From positions 1 to 40,178 of the forward strand of contig CAYSZE010000248.1 in NCBI GenBank assembly GCA_964435255.1: a stretch of DNA of 40,178 nucleotides. The letters are read 5' to 3'. Within the stretch, counting starts at the first letter, position 1; every line of letters begins with the position of its first letter. The notes below the pieces were generated by a model. It saw only the letters and a list, made by a program, of their open reading frames with translations. It made no database searches and was not told the origin of the DNA. A program made the translations under genes and the position numbers. Source of the stretch: an uncultured Oligoflexia bacterium. GTDB lineage: Bacteria > Bdellovibrionota_B > Oligoflexia > Silvanigrellales > Silvanigrellaceae. Positions 9,007 to 19,045 of the stretch are shown piece by piece.

Positions 9007-10022
9007 TTTAGTTCCTTCCAATGTTCATTTTTTAAAAGTGAATTAAAACCAAAACCAGTCCCTTCTAGTGAAGGTAACAGTCGTGTATTTTGAATTGTTA
9101 AAGTTTCTGCATATTCATTCATTTCATAGAACTGATGTGTTAGAAGACCACAACTCATTTTATCTGCTAAACATCCCTGATTAAACAGCCCCGCTTCATA
9201 TAAAGCAGAAAGCTGACCCAAAGGATGATCCATATAACTTGAAATAACAACAGGTACACTAAATTTTTTATCTATAAAATTTTGAATAGCTGGTTTAAGA
9301 ATAAAATAATCGACATTTAAGTCGACATTATTAGAATAATCTTCTAAATTAAGCCTATCAATAGCTAAAGATAACAAAGAAAATTTAGATTTATATTTTT
9401 CTCTATCTTTAAAAAATAAAAAATAAGGATCTTCTATAAAATCAATAATATTTAAAAAATTATAAAATTTATTTAAAAAATTTTCTAATAGGTCACTGTC
9501 TAAACTATTATTAAAGTCAATTCTTATCTTTAATTGTGAACTTTTTATATTGTTAAAGAACCTGGTTAATTTTTCAGTATTTTCTATTTCTCCTTTGCTT
9601 AGTTTAATTTTAATTAATTCAAAACCATCATTCTTAATTTTTTCTATCTTTTTTAAATTTAATAAACTTATATCAACTTCGGTATAGTGGTTTTTAGGAA
9701 AAGTAAAATTACTGAAAATATTTAAATTCTTAGCTCGATAACAAGCATCAATATATGCAAAATAAATAGTTTTATAAGTGTGAATATTAAATTTAGAATT
9801 TTTAATATTCTCTAACAATAAACGCACATCTAAGTCACCAAGTTCGGGCCATGAAAATAAATCAGAATAACCATTCCCAATATTTTTAAACTCAATATTT
9901 ATTAAATAACCATTTCTATTTGCCTTTATACTTTTTGCATTTAAAGCTTTAAAAGGTTTTAGCTGGTATTCAGAATACATAATTTTATTTATATTGTTGC
10001 AAATTATTTTAAAATTATTCAT
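9003..10022 (-). CDS. menC: o-succinylbenzoate synthase (divergent MenC, enolase superfamily)
   Basis: KIK catalytic motif, metal ligands RIDFN, IEDP and AID, then LKP and GTGFG. men context. Confidence 0.8.
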   Translation of the reverse strand: MNNFKIICNNINKIMYSEYQLKPFKALNAKSIKANRNGYLINIEFKNIGNGYSDLFSWPELGDLDVRLLLENIKNSKFNIHTYKTIYFAYIDACYRAKNLNIFSNFTFPKNHYTEVDISLLNLKKIEKIKNDGFELIKIKLSKGEIENTEKLTRFFNNIKSSQLKIRIDFNNSLDSDLLENFLNKFYNFLNIIDFIEDPYFLFFKDREKYKSKFSLLSLAIDRLNLEDYSNNVDLNVDYFILKPAIQNFIDKKFSVPVVISSYMDHPLGQLSALYEAGLFNQGCLADKMSCGLLTHQFYEMNEYAETLTIQNTRLLPSLEGTGFGFNSLLKNEHWKELK

Positions 10023-10848
10023 ATGAGTAGAAATTTAATTCAATATTTTTTTCTTGATCGCTATTTGCATTTTCATCATAATTTTGCTCATAAATTTGCA
10101 TATTAAAGTTACTTTTAATAGCAAAGAAAATAGTTGATGTCGTCCCATAATCTTTTCCTGGGATAAATAAAGATGATAAAAATACTTCTCTATCAGGCCC
10201 TAAACCAGTATTGGGTAATTTATCTAAAGAAAAAGTCTTTGTGTTCATCATTTCTCTTCGAAAATATTGCCAATAATCACACAAATTTAATGTAGATTTA
10301 TAGTTATTAATTAGATATTCTTTAAATTTATTTTTATTTTCTATAATTTTAGGCCAGTTTGAATCGATTTCAGCATTACTTAATCCAAAAACTTTTTTCT
10401 CAGTAGTATCACAATGAAATAACAACTGAGAAGTTTTATTTTTACTATTATAATAATGTACTGTCTGTGAGTCAGAAATAAGTAAATTAAAAAAATTATA
10501 ACTAGCAGAAATATTTTTTAATTTATCTAAAAAATTTACACAATTATCATTTGAATTCAAAAAATTTGGAATAATTTCTCCTCTTGAGCGTAAATCTTTG
10601 TTATAAGATTTCATATCTCTAATATTAGTAATTATACCCCACTTTGAATTTAATTTATTTTGACAAGCAAACCAAGTTCCTTTTTGAGATTCATCTCTAG
10701 GGCCAAATATTTCATTACCAAATGAAGAATATGAATTATTCCATCCTTCAATCATGGAGGACTTTCTAAAGCGATATTCATCTCTATTAGAAATTAATAC
10801 AATTGGGTAATTTTCAATTTGATTGACAAATAAAAATAGAGTACACAC
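10015..10848 (-). CDS. NRDE/TANGO2 family protein (Ntn-hydrolase-like, N-terminal Cys)
   Basis: Begins MCTLF; SNRDEY, GTWF, ITNIR, SRGEII, YNFFNLL, GLSNA, WPK, LPNTG, LSSLFI, YGTTSTI all match the NRDE/TANGO2 family pattern. Confidence 0.9.
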   Translation of the reverse strand: MCTLFLFVNQIENYPIVLISNRDEYRFRKSSMIEGWNNSYSSFGNEIFGPRDESQKGTWFACQNKLNSKWGIITNIRDMKSYNKDLRSRGEIIPNFLNSNDNCVNFLDKLKNISASYNFFNLLISDSQTVHYYNSKNKTSQLLFHCDTTEKKVFGLSNAEIDSNWPKIIENKNKFKEYLINNYKSTLNLCDYWQYFRREMMNTKTFSLDKLPNTGLGPDREVFLSSLFIPGKDYGTTSTIFFAIKSNFNMQIYEQNYDENANSDQEKNIELNFYSYE

Positions 10849-10853
10849 AAAAA

Positions 10854-11768
10854 TTATCCTATTAAAATTCCTATACCTAAAAGAAGACCAAATAGTATTT
10901 GGACTAATGCAGACATTCCTAAGTATTTATTAAATACTTTTGAAGGAGTATGAATAAAAATCCCACGTGTTATTTTAAAAGCTAAAGGAATTGTTAACAA
11001 TGGTAATACAGCACACCATATATTAATTTCAAAAAACCAATAAAAATTAACAAAATAGGTTAAGATAAATAAAAACATTATTTCTAATTTAGCAAATTTT
11101 GCACCAAATCTTGCAGCTAAGGTCATTTTACCGACTTTTTTATCTTCAATATAATCTCTATAATTGTTGATAGAAATAAGAACAGTTGCAAGTAAACCTA
11201 CTTCAATTCCAGCGATTAAAACAGACTTATTTAAAAATCCAGTTTGTAAATAAAATACCCCACAAACTGCGACCAAACCGAAGAAAAAAATAACAAAAAT
11301 TTCTCCTAGTCCTTTATATGCCAGTGGATATGGACCGCCAGTATATAAATAACCAAATAATAAAGAAACGCAGCCAATAATAAAAATAGGTAAGCCAGCA
11401 TGAATAACTAAAGGAATTGCAAATAAAGCTGCAATAAAAAAACTAACAAATCCTCCAAAGATAACTTGTTTTTCAGTTAAAAGTCCACTTTGTGTGACCC
11501 TTTTAGGCCCAAGTCTTCTTTCATTATCAGCACCTTTTTTAAAATCGAGCGCATCATTTATTAAATTTGTCCCAATTTGAATAAATATGGTCGAAAACAA
11601 AGCTAAAATACTAAAATAATACACAAAATGGTGCTGTTCTGCTCGTCCATAATGCAAAGCTAAAACGGAAGCAACAAAAATGGGAGTGAAAGCAGCTGAT
11701 AACGTTTTAGGCCGCGCAGCAAGTAACCACGGGATAATATGACTGCTGTCTTTAATTCCTTCTGTCAT
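10854..11768 (-). CDS. menA: 1,4-dihydroxy-2-naphthoate polyprenyltransferase
   Basis: AARPKTL, QIGTNLINDALDFKKGAD, YTGGPYPLAYKGLGE, NNYRD...D...GKMTLA. Confidence 0.95.
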   Translation of the reverse strand: MTEGIKDSSHIIPWLLAARPKTLSAAFTPIFVASVLALHYGRAEQHHFVYYFSILALFSTIFIQIGTNLINDALDFKKGADNERRLGPKRVTQSGLLTEKQVIFGGFVSFFIAALFAIPLVIHAGLPIFIIGCVSLLFGYLYTGGPYPLAYKGLGEIFVIFFFGLVAVCGVFYLQTGFLNKSVLIAGIEVGLLATVLISINNYRDYIEDKKVGKMTLAARFGAKFAKLEIMFLFILTYFVNFYWFFEINIWCAVLPLLTIPLAFKITRGIFIHTPSKVFNKYLGMSALVQILFGLLLGIGILIG

Positions 11769-11774
11769 AAACCC

Positions 11775-12599
11775 TCAAGGAAGCCGATCAAATTTTGAAA
11801 AGTCTGGTTTTCTTTTTTCCACAAAAGCATTTTTACCTTCTTTAGCTTCTTCACTTAAATAATAAAGTAACGTCGCATTTCCTGCTAAATCAAGCAAACC
11901 TATTTGACCATCACAATCTGCATTTAAAGCTGCTTTAAGACAACGTAAAGCTAAGGGAGAATGTTCAAGCATTTCTCGGCACCATTTTAGTGTTTCTGTT
12001 TCAAGTTCATCAACAGGAACCACGTGATTGACCAATCCCATTTCAAGAGCTTGCTCTGCATTGTATTGACGACATAAATACCAAATTTCCCGCGCTTTCT
12101 TTTGCCCTACTATTCGTGCCAAATAACTACTGCCAAGCCCACCATCAAATGAACCCACTTTTGGTCCAGTTTGACCAAATTTGGCATTATCACCAGCAAT
12201 AGTCAGATCGCAGACTACGTGTAGCACGTGTCCACCGCCAATGGCGTATCCAGCAACCATAGCAACAACAGGTTTTGGCATAGATCGGATTGCCTTTTGC
12301 ACGTCTAAAATATTTAAACGCGGCATACCATCCTGCCCAATATAGCCACCATGCCCACGGACTTTTTGATCGCCACCTGAACAAAAAGCTTCTTTACCTT
12401 CACCAGTTAAAATAATAACTCCAACTTTTTGATCATCTCTACAAATTTCAAAGGCTTTTAGTAATTCAGTCACTGTTTCTGGTCTAAATGCATTCCTAAC
12501 ATGTGGACGATTTATTGTAATTTTAGCAATACCATCTTCTGTTCTTTCTAATTTAATATCCCCAAAATCATGCATTTTGTTCCAAATATTCATACTCAT
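11775..12599 (-). CDS. menB: 1,4-dihydroxy-2-naphthoyl-CoA synthase
   Basis: [51 protein letters not shown]. Confidence 0.97.
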   Translation of the reverse strand: MSMNIWNKMHDFGDIKLERTEDGIAKITINRPHVRNAFRPETVTELLKAFEICRDDQKVGVIILTGEGKEAFCSGGDQKVRGHGGYIGQDGMPRLNILDVQKAIRSMPKPVVAMVAGYAIGGGHVLHVVCDLTIAGDNAKFGQTGPKVGSFDGGLGSSYLARIVGQKKAREIWYLCRQYNAEQALEMGLVNHVVPVDELETETLKWCREMLEHSPLALRCLKAALNADCDGQIGLLDLAGNATLLYYLSEEAKEGKNAFVEKRKPDFSKFDRLP

Positions 12600-12714
12600 T
12601 TTTTACTCCTTAAAAAAGCGAGCATTCAAAACATTAAAAGCCTGTACTTAACTTAAAAATTGAATATTTCCAAGTTATATAATTTAAATATCTTGCCAAA
12701 CATTAAGGTGCTAA

Positions 12715-13884
12715 TTAATTATAATTAGACCATGCATTTTCAAGAATTCCTAGAACTTCATTTTCACCAATACGTGCATTTTCTCCTAATTTTGCTCCAT
12801 GACTTGTCTCCATGACTTTTTTTGCAATATTTTTTAGATCTTTTTTTGCAATTTTATATTCAGAGAGCCTTGTTTTTGCCCCTAACTTGCGAAAAAATTT
12901 TTCGGTTTTTTCAATAGCCGTTTTGGCAATTTTAGAACCGCTAGCATAATTTAGATCGAAAACCTTCCTACCATACTCTACTAATTTTTCTTTTTTATAT
13001 TCATATTCGTGTTTTAATAAGGCAGGTAAAATAATTGCCAGTGTTTGGGCATGGTCTAAATCATATAGCTCAGTTAATTCATGCCCAATTTGATGCGTAG
13101 CCCAATCCTGCGGGACCCCTTTACCTATAGTCCCATTTAATGCTTGAGTGGCACACCACATTATATTTGCACGAACAAAATAATCATCTTTCTTTTTTAA
13201 CGCTTTAGGGCCTTCTTCAATTAAAGTCATTAAAATAGCTTCACTTTGTCTGTTTTGCAGCGGAGAGTTAACTTTATAGGTTAAATATTGCTCTGTAACA
13301 TGCACAAATGGATCTATAATACCATTGATAATTTGTCGCTCTGGTAAAGAAAATGTAGCTGTAGGATCTAAAATTGAAAATTTTGGATAAAGATGTGGAG
13401 AAAAAAAACCTTTTTTTAATTTTAAACTTCTTCTAGAAACGACACTAAAAGCATTCATTTCAGAACCAGTTGCTGGCAATGTTAAAATACATCCTAACGG
13501 AAGAGCATGTTCAACTAGTTCTCCATTTAAAATATTCCAGGGATCTGTTTTTTTAAATTTTGCTGCGGCTGCAATAAATTTACAACCATCAATTACCGAA
13601 CCACCACCAACAGCTAAAATGTAATCTATTTTACATTTTTTACATAACTCAACCGCTTTCATTAATGTGTCGTATTCTGGATTCGCTTCTATACCAGAAA
13701 ATTCATAGACATCTTTATGAGCTAAGGCATGTCTTACTTGTTCGTAGACACCATTTTTTTTTATTGAACCACCACCATAAGCAAACAATATTTTTTCTTT
13801 ATCGTGTAGTAATACAGGTAAATTACCTATTGTCTCTTTACCAAAAATTATTTTAACGGGATTAAATAATTCAAAGTTTTGCAT
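12715..13884 (-). CDS. yqhD: Iron-containing NADPH-dependent aldehyde reductase/alcohol dehydrogenase (YqhD/BdhA type)
   Basis: YGGGSIKKNG, AVGGGSVIDGCK, TLPATGSE, DWATHQIGHELT, DHAQTLA. Confidence 0.88.
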   Translation of the reverse strand: MQNFELFNPVKIIFGKETIGNLPVLLHDKEKILFAYGGGSIKKNGVYEQVRHALAHKDVYEFSGIEANPEYDTLMKAVELCKKCKIDYILAVGGGSVIDGCKFIAAAAKFKKTDPWNILNGELVEHALPLGCILTLPATGSEMNAFSVVSRRSLKLKKGFFSPHLYPKFSILDPTATFSLPERQIINGIIDPFVHVTEQYLTYKVNSPLQNRQSEAILMTLIEEGPKALKKKDDYFVRANIMWCATQALNGTIGKGVPQDWATHQIGHELTELYDLDHAQTLAIILPALLKHEYEYKKEKLVEYGRKVFDLNYASGSKIAKTAIEKTEKFFRKLGAKTRLSEYKIAKKDLKNIAKKVMETSHGAKLGENARIGENEVLGILENAWSNYN

Positions 13885-13889
13885 AATAT

Positions 13890-15368
13890 TTACTGCTCTT
13901 TAAATTGATAAGTTAATTTTAATTCTCTTGCAGCTTTTACTTCATCTACTTTTTCACGAAATGATCTTTTCGGAAATATAATTGTTGAATTCTGACTCGA
14001 AACTATTTCTTTAACAGCATTAATAAATCGATCTAATTCTGCTTGGCTTTCTGTTTCTGTTGGTTCAACCATTAAAGCATTTTTTACACACAAAGGAAAA
14101 TGCACTGTAGGTGGGTGCATTCCATAGTCAATTAAAGCTTTTGCAATTTTACTTGTATCCCAACCTGTTTCCTTTAAGTTTTTATCATTAAATACAATTT
14201 CATGTAGATGATCTCCATCTACAGGTATATTTAACACATCTTTTAATTGTGATTTTATATAATTTGCATTTAATATAGCATTTTCACTAACATATCTTAA
14301 GCCTTCTCCACCTAATGCTTTAATGTAACACCAAGCTCTAACAAACATACCATAATTGCCATAAAAAGCTTTCACACGTCCTATCGATTTTGAAGAATTA
14401 TAATTTAAACTAAATTTTCCATTATAAAAATCTATTCGCGGGATTGGTAAAAATGCTTCTAATTTGGAGCTAACAGCTATAGGGCCACTACCTGGGCCAC
14501 CACCACCGTGCGGTGTTGTAAAAGTTTTATGTAAATTAAATTGAATAACATCTGCGCCATAATCTCCTGGTCTACTTAATCCAAGTACTGCATTCATATT
14601 TGCGCCATCAATATAAAGTAACGAGTCGTTGTCATGTAAAAGCTGCGAAATTTCTTTTATATTTTTTTCAAATATTCCAAGTGTATTTGGATTAGTTAAC
14701 ATCATAGCTGCAACATCGTCATTCAAAACTTCTTTAACAGATTCTATAGAAACAGATCCATCACTACCTGTTTGAACTTGCACAATATTATAACCAGCTA
14801 AGGCCGCACTTGCAGGATTTGTTCCGTGTGAAGTATCAGCTGTAATTATTGTTTTTCGTTTGTTACCTTTATTTCTATGATAAGCTGATATCAAAAGTAA
14901 ACCAGTAAATTCACCTTGCGCCCCAGCACTTGGTTGTAAAGAAACCGCTGGCATTCCTGTAATTTCTTTTAAATCTTCTTGAAGTTCAAACATTATTTGT
15001 AAATGCCCTTGTGTCCACTCTACGGGGTCATAAGGATGCGCTTCACATATTTCAGCACTTCTAGCCACTTCCTCATTTAATCTTGGATTATGTTTCATTG
15101 TACAAGAACCTAAAGGATAAATTCCTAAGTCAATTGCATAATTCCAGGTTGAAAGACGGGTAAAATGTCTGACAACTTCTGGTTCAGATAGTTCAGGGAG
15201 TCTTGCTTTATTTTTCCTTAAATTATTTTGAAATAAAACTTTAGAATTTATTTTTGGGACATCTAGTTTTGGCAAACTGATTCCGTAACCACCAGGGCGT
15301 GATTTTTCAAAAATAACTTCTTCTTCGAGTACAATGGTTTGTCCAGTTGACTTATGTAAAAAGTTCAT
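13890..15368 (-). CDS. gcvPB: Glycine dehydrogenase (decarboxylating) subunit 2
   Basis: YPLGSCTMKHNP, HGTNPASA, PLP lysine motif NLHKTFTTPHGGGGPG, EPTETES. Confidence 0.96.
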   Translation of the reverse strand: MNFLHKSTGQTIVLEEEVIFEKSRPGGYGISLPKLDVPKINSKVLFQNNLRKNKARLPELSEPEVVRHFTRLSTWNYAIDLGIYPLGSCTMKHNPRLNEEVARSAEICEAHPYDPVEWTQGHLQIMFELQEDLKEITGMPAVSLQPSAGAQGEFTGLLLISAYHRNKGNKRKTIITADTSHGTNPASAALAGYNIVQVQTGSDGSVSIESVKEVLNDDVAAMMLTNPNTLGIFEKNIKEISQLLHDNDSLLYIDGANMNAVLGLSRPGDYGADVIQFNLHKTFTTPHGGGGPGSGPIAVSSKLEAFLPIPRIDFYNGKFSLNYNSSKSIGRVKAFYGNYGMFVRAWCYIKALGGEGLRYVSENAILNANYIKSQLKDVLNIPVDGDHLHEIVFNDKNLKETGWDTSKIAKALIDYGMHPPTVHFPLCVKNALMVEPTETESQAELDRFINAVKEIVSSQNSTIIFPKRSFREKVDEVKAARELKLTYQFKEQ

Positions 15369-15379
15369 ATTTATTTTCC

Positions 15380-16741
15380 TTACCCATATTTTTTTATTAA
15401 TTCAACTAGTAAATCAATATCTTCTTTAGTTTTCTTTTCTGTTACCGCTATTAACAAAGAATTTTTATCTTCTAAATTGAAATTCTGTAAAGAAACACCT
15501 GGTGCTAAATTATTTTGCACACATTTATTTATAAAGTCATTTGCATTTACTTTTAACTCAATAATAAATTCATTAAAATTATATGACTTAGGATACTTTA
15601 ATTTTGCTTTATTTGTTTTTAAAATTTCATTTTTCGCATATTCTGTTTTAGAAATATTTTGTTCTGCTAATTCAACAAATCCTTCTTTTCCTACTAACGA
15701 CAACCAAATTGTCGCCCAAAGAGCACACAAATTTTGATTTGTACATATATTTGAAGTCGCTTTTTCTCTCCGAATATGTTGTTCTCTGGTACTTAAAGTT
15801 AAGGTATAACTTTTTCTACCTTGAGCATCAACAGTTTCTCCACAAAGTCGACCAGGCATTTGTCTGACATATTCCAATTTTGTTGTATACAAACCAACAA
15901 AAGGGCCACCATAACTTTGTGGCAGTCCAAAACTTTGTCCTTCTCCTGTAGCTATATCTGCATTATATTCTCCAGGTGTTTTTAGGACCGCTAAGCTTAA
16001 TGGTTCAGTAATATTTGCAGAGAATAATGCTTCAGTTGCATGAGTAATATCTGACAATTCATCCATATCTTCTATACAGCCCAAAAAATTAGGGCTTTGG
16101 GCAATAACTAATGCCACATCATTTCCTAATAAACTTTTTAAAGCAGAAGTTGATGTTTTGCCATTTTCCGTTATTGGAATTTGCGTGACTTCAACACTCA
16201 AATTGGTTAAATATGTTTTTAAAACTTCTACATATTCTGGATGAACACCTGCTGATACCAAAATTCTTTTTTTATTTGGCTTAATTCTTAAGGCCATTAA
16301 AGCCGCTTCAGCCATGCTTGTTGCACCATCATAATGAGAAGCATTTGATATTTCCATCCCAAAAATTTCTGCAACCATACTTTGATATTCAAATAATGCT
16401 TGTAATGTTCCTTGGGAAAATTCGGGTTGATAAGGAGTATAAGATGTTAAAAATTCTCCCCTTAGAGTCAGTTGATTAATGACAGCAGGGATAAAATGAT
16501 CATAAATACCTGCACCTAGAAAACTTAGAGCATCTTTTTTTGTTCTAGAATTTTGCATCATCTTAGAAATTTTTCTTTTAATTTCTAATTCAGAAAGTTC
16601 TTCACCAATTTGCAAATTGCTTTTATATCTAATATTTTTTGGAATACCTTGCAGTAAATCTTCAATACTCCTCACTCCACAGTGTTGTAAAATATTTTTC
16701 CTATCACTTTCAGTTGTTGGTAATAAGCGATGTTTAAGCAT
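15380..16741 (-). CDS. gcvPA: Glycine dehydrogenase (decarboxylating) subunit 1
   Basis: FLGAGIYDH, TSYTPYQPEFSQGTLQ, REQHIRREKATSNICTNQ. Confidence 0.96.
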   Translation of the reverse strand: MLKHRLLPTTESDRKNILQHCGVRSIEDLLQGIPKNIRYKSNLQIGEELSELEIKRKISKMMQNSRTKKDALSFLGAGIYDHFIPAVINQLTLRGEFLTSYTPYQPEFSQGTLQALFEYQSMVAEIFGMEISNASHYDGATSMAEAALMALRIKPNKKRILVSAGVHPEYVEVLKTYLTNLSVEVTQIPITENGKTSTSALKSLLGNDVALVIAQSPNFLGCIEDMDELSDITHATEALFSANITEPLSLAVLKTPGEYNADIATGEGQSFGLPQSYGGPFVGLYTTKLEYVRQMPGRLCGETVDAQGRKSYTLTLSTREQHIRREKATSNICTNQNLCALWATIWLSLVGKEGFVELAEQNISKTEYAKNEILKTNKAKLKYPKSYNFNEFIIELKVNANDFINKCVQNNLAPGVSLQNFNLEDKNSLLIAVTEKKTKEDIDLLVELIKKYG

Positions 16742-16755
16742 AACTCTTCCTCATG

Positions 16756-16788
16756 AAAAAAAAGACGGGTTCAAAACCCGTCTTTTTT
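16756..16788 (-). terminator. Intrinsic terminator-like hairpin between gcvH and gcvPA
   Basis: On the minus strand A6-GACGGGTT-TTG-AACCCGTC-T8; symmetric A/T tracts make it potentially bidirectional. Confidence 0.85.
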
Positions 16789-16801
16789 ATTTTTATATGA
16801 A

Positions 16802-17179
16802 TTAATTTCCTGAAATATACTTTTCATACTCTTTTGCAGTCAAAAGATCTGTTGGAGGTTGTTTTATTTCAACTTTAATTAACCAACCACTATTGTAAGC
16901 ATCGACTGCTAAGTTTTCTGGTTTATCAACTATTGCATTATTTATTTCAGTAACTGTACATGAAGCTGGCGTATATAATTCACTTACAGTTTTAGTAGAC
17001 TCTATTGTTCCAAATGCATCATTAGCTTTAAATGTGGTTCCAACTTTAGGTAGTTCTAAGTAAACAACATCACCTAATTGCTCAATTGCAAACTTGGTTA
17101 CACCAATAGATGCACTGTTACCTTCTATTTTTATCCACTCATGTTCCTTTGTATATTTCAACTCTTCTGGATATGACAT
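16802..17179 (-). CDS. gcvH: Glycine cleavage system H protein
   Basis: YTKEHEW, LGDVVYLELP, lipoyl-lysine motif IESTKTVSE. Confidence 0.96.
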   Translation of the reverse strand: MSYPEELKYTKEHEWIKIEGNSASIGVTKFAIEQLGDVVYLELPKVGTTFKANDAFGTIESTKTVSELYTPASCTVTEINNAIVDKPENLAVDAYNSGWLIKVEIKQPPTDLLTAKEYEKYISGN

Positions 17180-17207
17180 ATTTCAAATTCCTTTCTAACC
17201 AAAAAAT

Positions 17208-18332
17208 TTATCCTTGCGCGCTTCCTTGTGTATAAAATGGTTTTTTAACTATTTGAGCAGGTTTTTTTTCACCTCTAATTTCAATCCAAATAGCAGTTCC
17301 TAACTTTGCAAATTCTGCACTCACATACGCCAGACCAATATTTCTGCTTAATGTAGGTGAGGGGCTGCCACTGGTTATCTCACCAATTTCTATACCATTT
17401 TCACGTTCAGAAAACACTTTATACCCATGTCTTCCAATTGCTTTATCTTGCATTTCAAATGCTATTAATTTTATTTTTGTTCCAGCTTCTTTCTGCAATG
17501 ACAAAGTTTGTTTACCAATAAAATTTTGTTTATCAAATTTTGTTATCCAGCTCAAACCACATTCAATAGCAGATTTTGTTTGATCCATGTCGTTACCATA
17601 TAATAAGTAACCACATTCCAAACGTAGAGTGTCTCTTGCTCCCAAACCGCAAGGTTTTACCCCAAATTCCATTCCTGATTGTAAAAGTGCTTTCCAAATT
17701 TTTGCCGCAGAAGCAGCTGGCACATACAATTCATAACCTAATTCGCCCGTATAACCCGTTCGTGCAATAATTCCAGGAACTCCTAAAACTTTTCCTTCCG
17801 TAAAATGGTAATATGCTAAATCATGAATTTTTATATCTACTACTTTTGCAACCAATTCTCTACTTTTGGGGCCTTGAACAGCTATTTGCGCATAATCATC
17901 GCTTACATTTTCTAAAATGACCCCTTGTTTAGGACAATGTTCTTTTAACCATGCATAATCTTTTTCAATATTGCTTGCATTGACACAAACAAAGTAAGAA
18001 TCATAGCCTCTTTTATAAATAATGATATCATCAACAACAGTGCCGTTCTCATAACAAAAAGCATTATATTGTGCTTGGCCAATATCTAATTTCGAGACAT
18101 CATTTAAGGTCATAAATTGCAAAAATTCTAATGAACCTCTTCCCGTTACATTCAATTCACCCATATGACTGACATCAAATAATCCAACAGAACTTCGCAC
18201 ACATTTGTGTTCATCAACCAGACCCGAGTACTGCACTGGCATATGCCAACCAGCAAAAGGAACCATTCTTGCTCCCAATGCCACATGCTCTTCATAAAGA
18301 GGGGTTAATTTTAACTTTTCATTTGATATCAT
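17208..18332 (-). CDS. gcvT: Glycine cleavage system aminomethyltransferase T
   Basis: FAGWHMPVQY, FDVSHMG, RTGYTGE, GLGARDTLRLE. Confidence 0.97.
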   Translation of the reverse strand: MISNEKLKLTPLYEEHVALGARMVPFAGWHMPVQYSGLVDEHKCVRSSVGLFDVSHMGELNVTGRGSLEFLQFMTLNDVSKLDIGQAQYNAFCYENGTVVDDIIIYKRGYDSYFVCVNASNIEKDYAWLKEHCPKQGVILENVSDDYAQIAVQGPKSRELVAKVVDIKIHDLAYYHFTEGKVLGVPGIIARTGYTGELGYELYVPAASAAKIWKALLQSGMEFGVKPCGLGARDTLRLECGYLLYGNDMDQTKSAIECGLSWITKFDKQNFIGKQTLSLQKEAGTKIKLIAFEMQDKAIGRHGYKVFSERENGIEIGEITSGSPSPTLSRNIGLAYVSAEFAKLGTAIWIEIRGEKKPAQIVKKPFYTQGSAQG

Positions 18333-18407
18333 TTGTTTACCCTCGCTTTTAAGGTTTGAATGCAGGAGCCTATCATCACGACTTGCTCGTTTTTAGTCAA
18401 CTAAAAG

Positions 18408-18445
18408 CAAAAAATTCTTTGTAACTTTTTAATTACAAAGAATTT
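18408..18445 (-). terminator. Probable terminator downstream of ppa
   Basis: 13-bp inverted repeat AAATTCTTTGTAA-N8-TTACAAAGAATTT (18412-18445) followed by a T-rich tract on the minus strand. Confidence 0.6.
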
Positions 18446-18481
18446 ATTTCTTACAAAAATGAATTTAAATAAAAGAATTTA

Positions 18482-19045
18482 TTATTTTTTTAACATATCC
18501 TTATTTCTATTATAGAAATCAATGGACTCATTAATAACTTTTTCTGCTTCTTCTTTCCCATGCCAGCCCACTATTTCTACTTTTTTATTCTCTAACAATT
18601 TATAGGTTTTGAAAAATTGTTCAATTTCTTTTAAATAATGTGGGTTGATATCTTCAAGTTGTTTAATATCGTTGATATGTCTAAATTGTGGGTCATCTGC
18701 GTGAACAGCAAGAATTTTATCGTCAGCATCTCCGCCGTCGATCATTTTTAAACAACCAATGACTCGTACATCCATCATACTTAAAGGGTGCACAGGATCT
18801 TGACCAATCACCATAACATCAAGAGGATCGCCATCATCACAATATGTTTGTGGAATAAAACCATAATTTATAGGATAAAACATAGGGCTAGAAAGAACGC
18901 GGCCTAAAAATAACAGTCCAGAATTTGCATCGATTTCATATTTATTTTTAGAACCGCGCGGAATTTCAATAATAGCTGTAACTATAGAAGGAACTTTTTC
19001 ACCAATACTAACAGAATGCCATGGGTGCCAAGGATTTACTGACAT
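18482..19045 (-). CDS. ppa: Soluble inorganic pyrophosphatase (family I)
   Basis: EIPRGSKNKYE, YPINYGFIPQT, DGDPLD, DDKILAV, FFKTYK. Confidence 0.96.
   Translation of the reverse strand: MSVNPWHPWHSVSIGEKVPSIVTAIIEIPRGSKNKYEIDANSGLLFLGRVLSSPMFYPINYGFIPQTYCDDGDPLDVMVIGQDPVHPLSMMDVRVIGCLKMIDGGDADDKILAVHADDPQFRHINDIKQLEDINPHYLKEIEQFFKTYKLLENKKVEIVGWHGKEEAEKVINESIDFYNRNKDMLKK

Noticed and set aside
13890-18332. Missing lpdA (L protein) in the gcv cluster
   Set aside because: L protein is commonly shared with 2-oxoacid dehydrogenases and encoded elsewhere.
18333-18481. Glycine riboswitch upstream of gcvT
   Set aside because: Only about 75 nt remain after the ppa terminator and no glycine aptamer motifs are visible on the minus strand.
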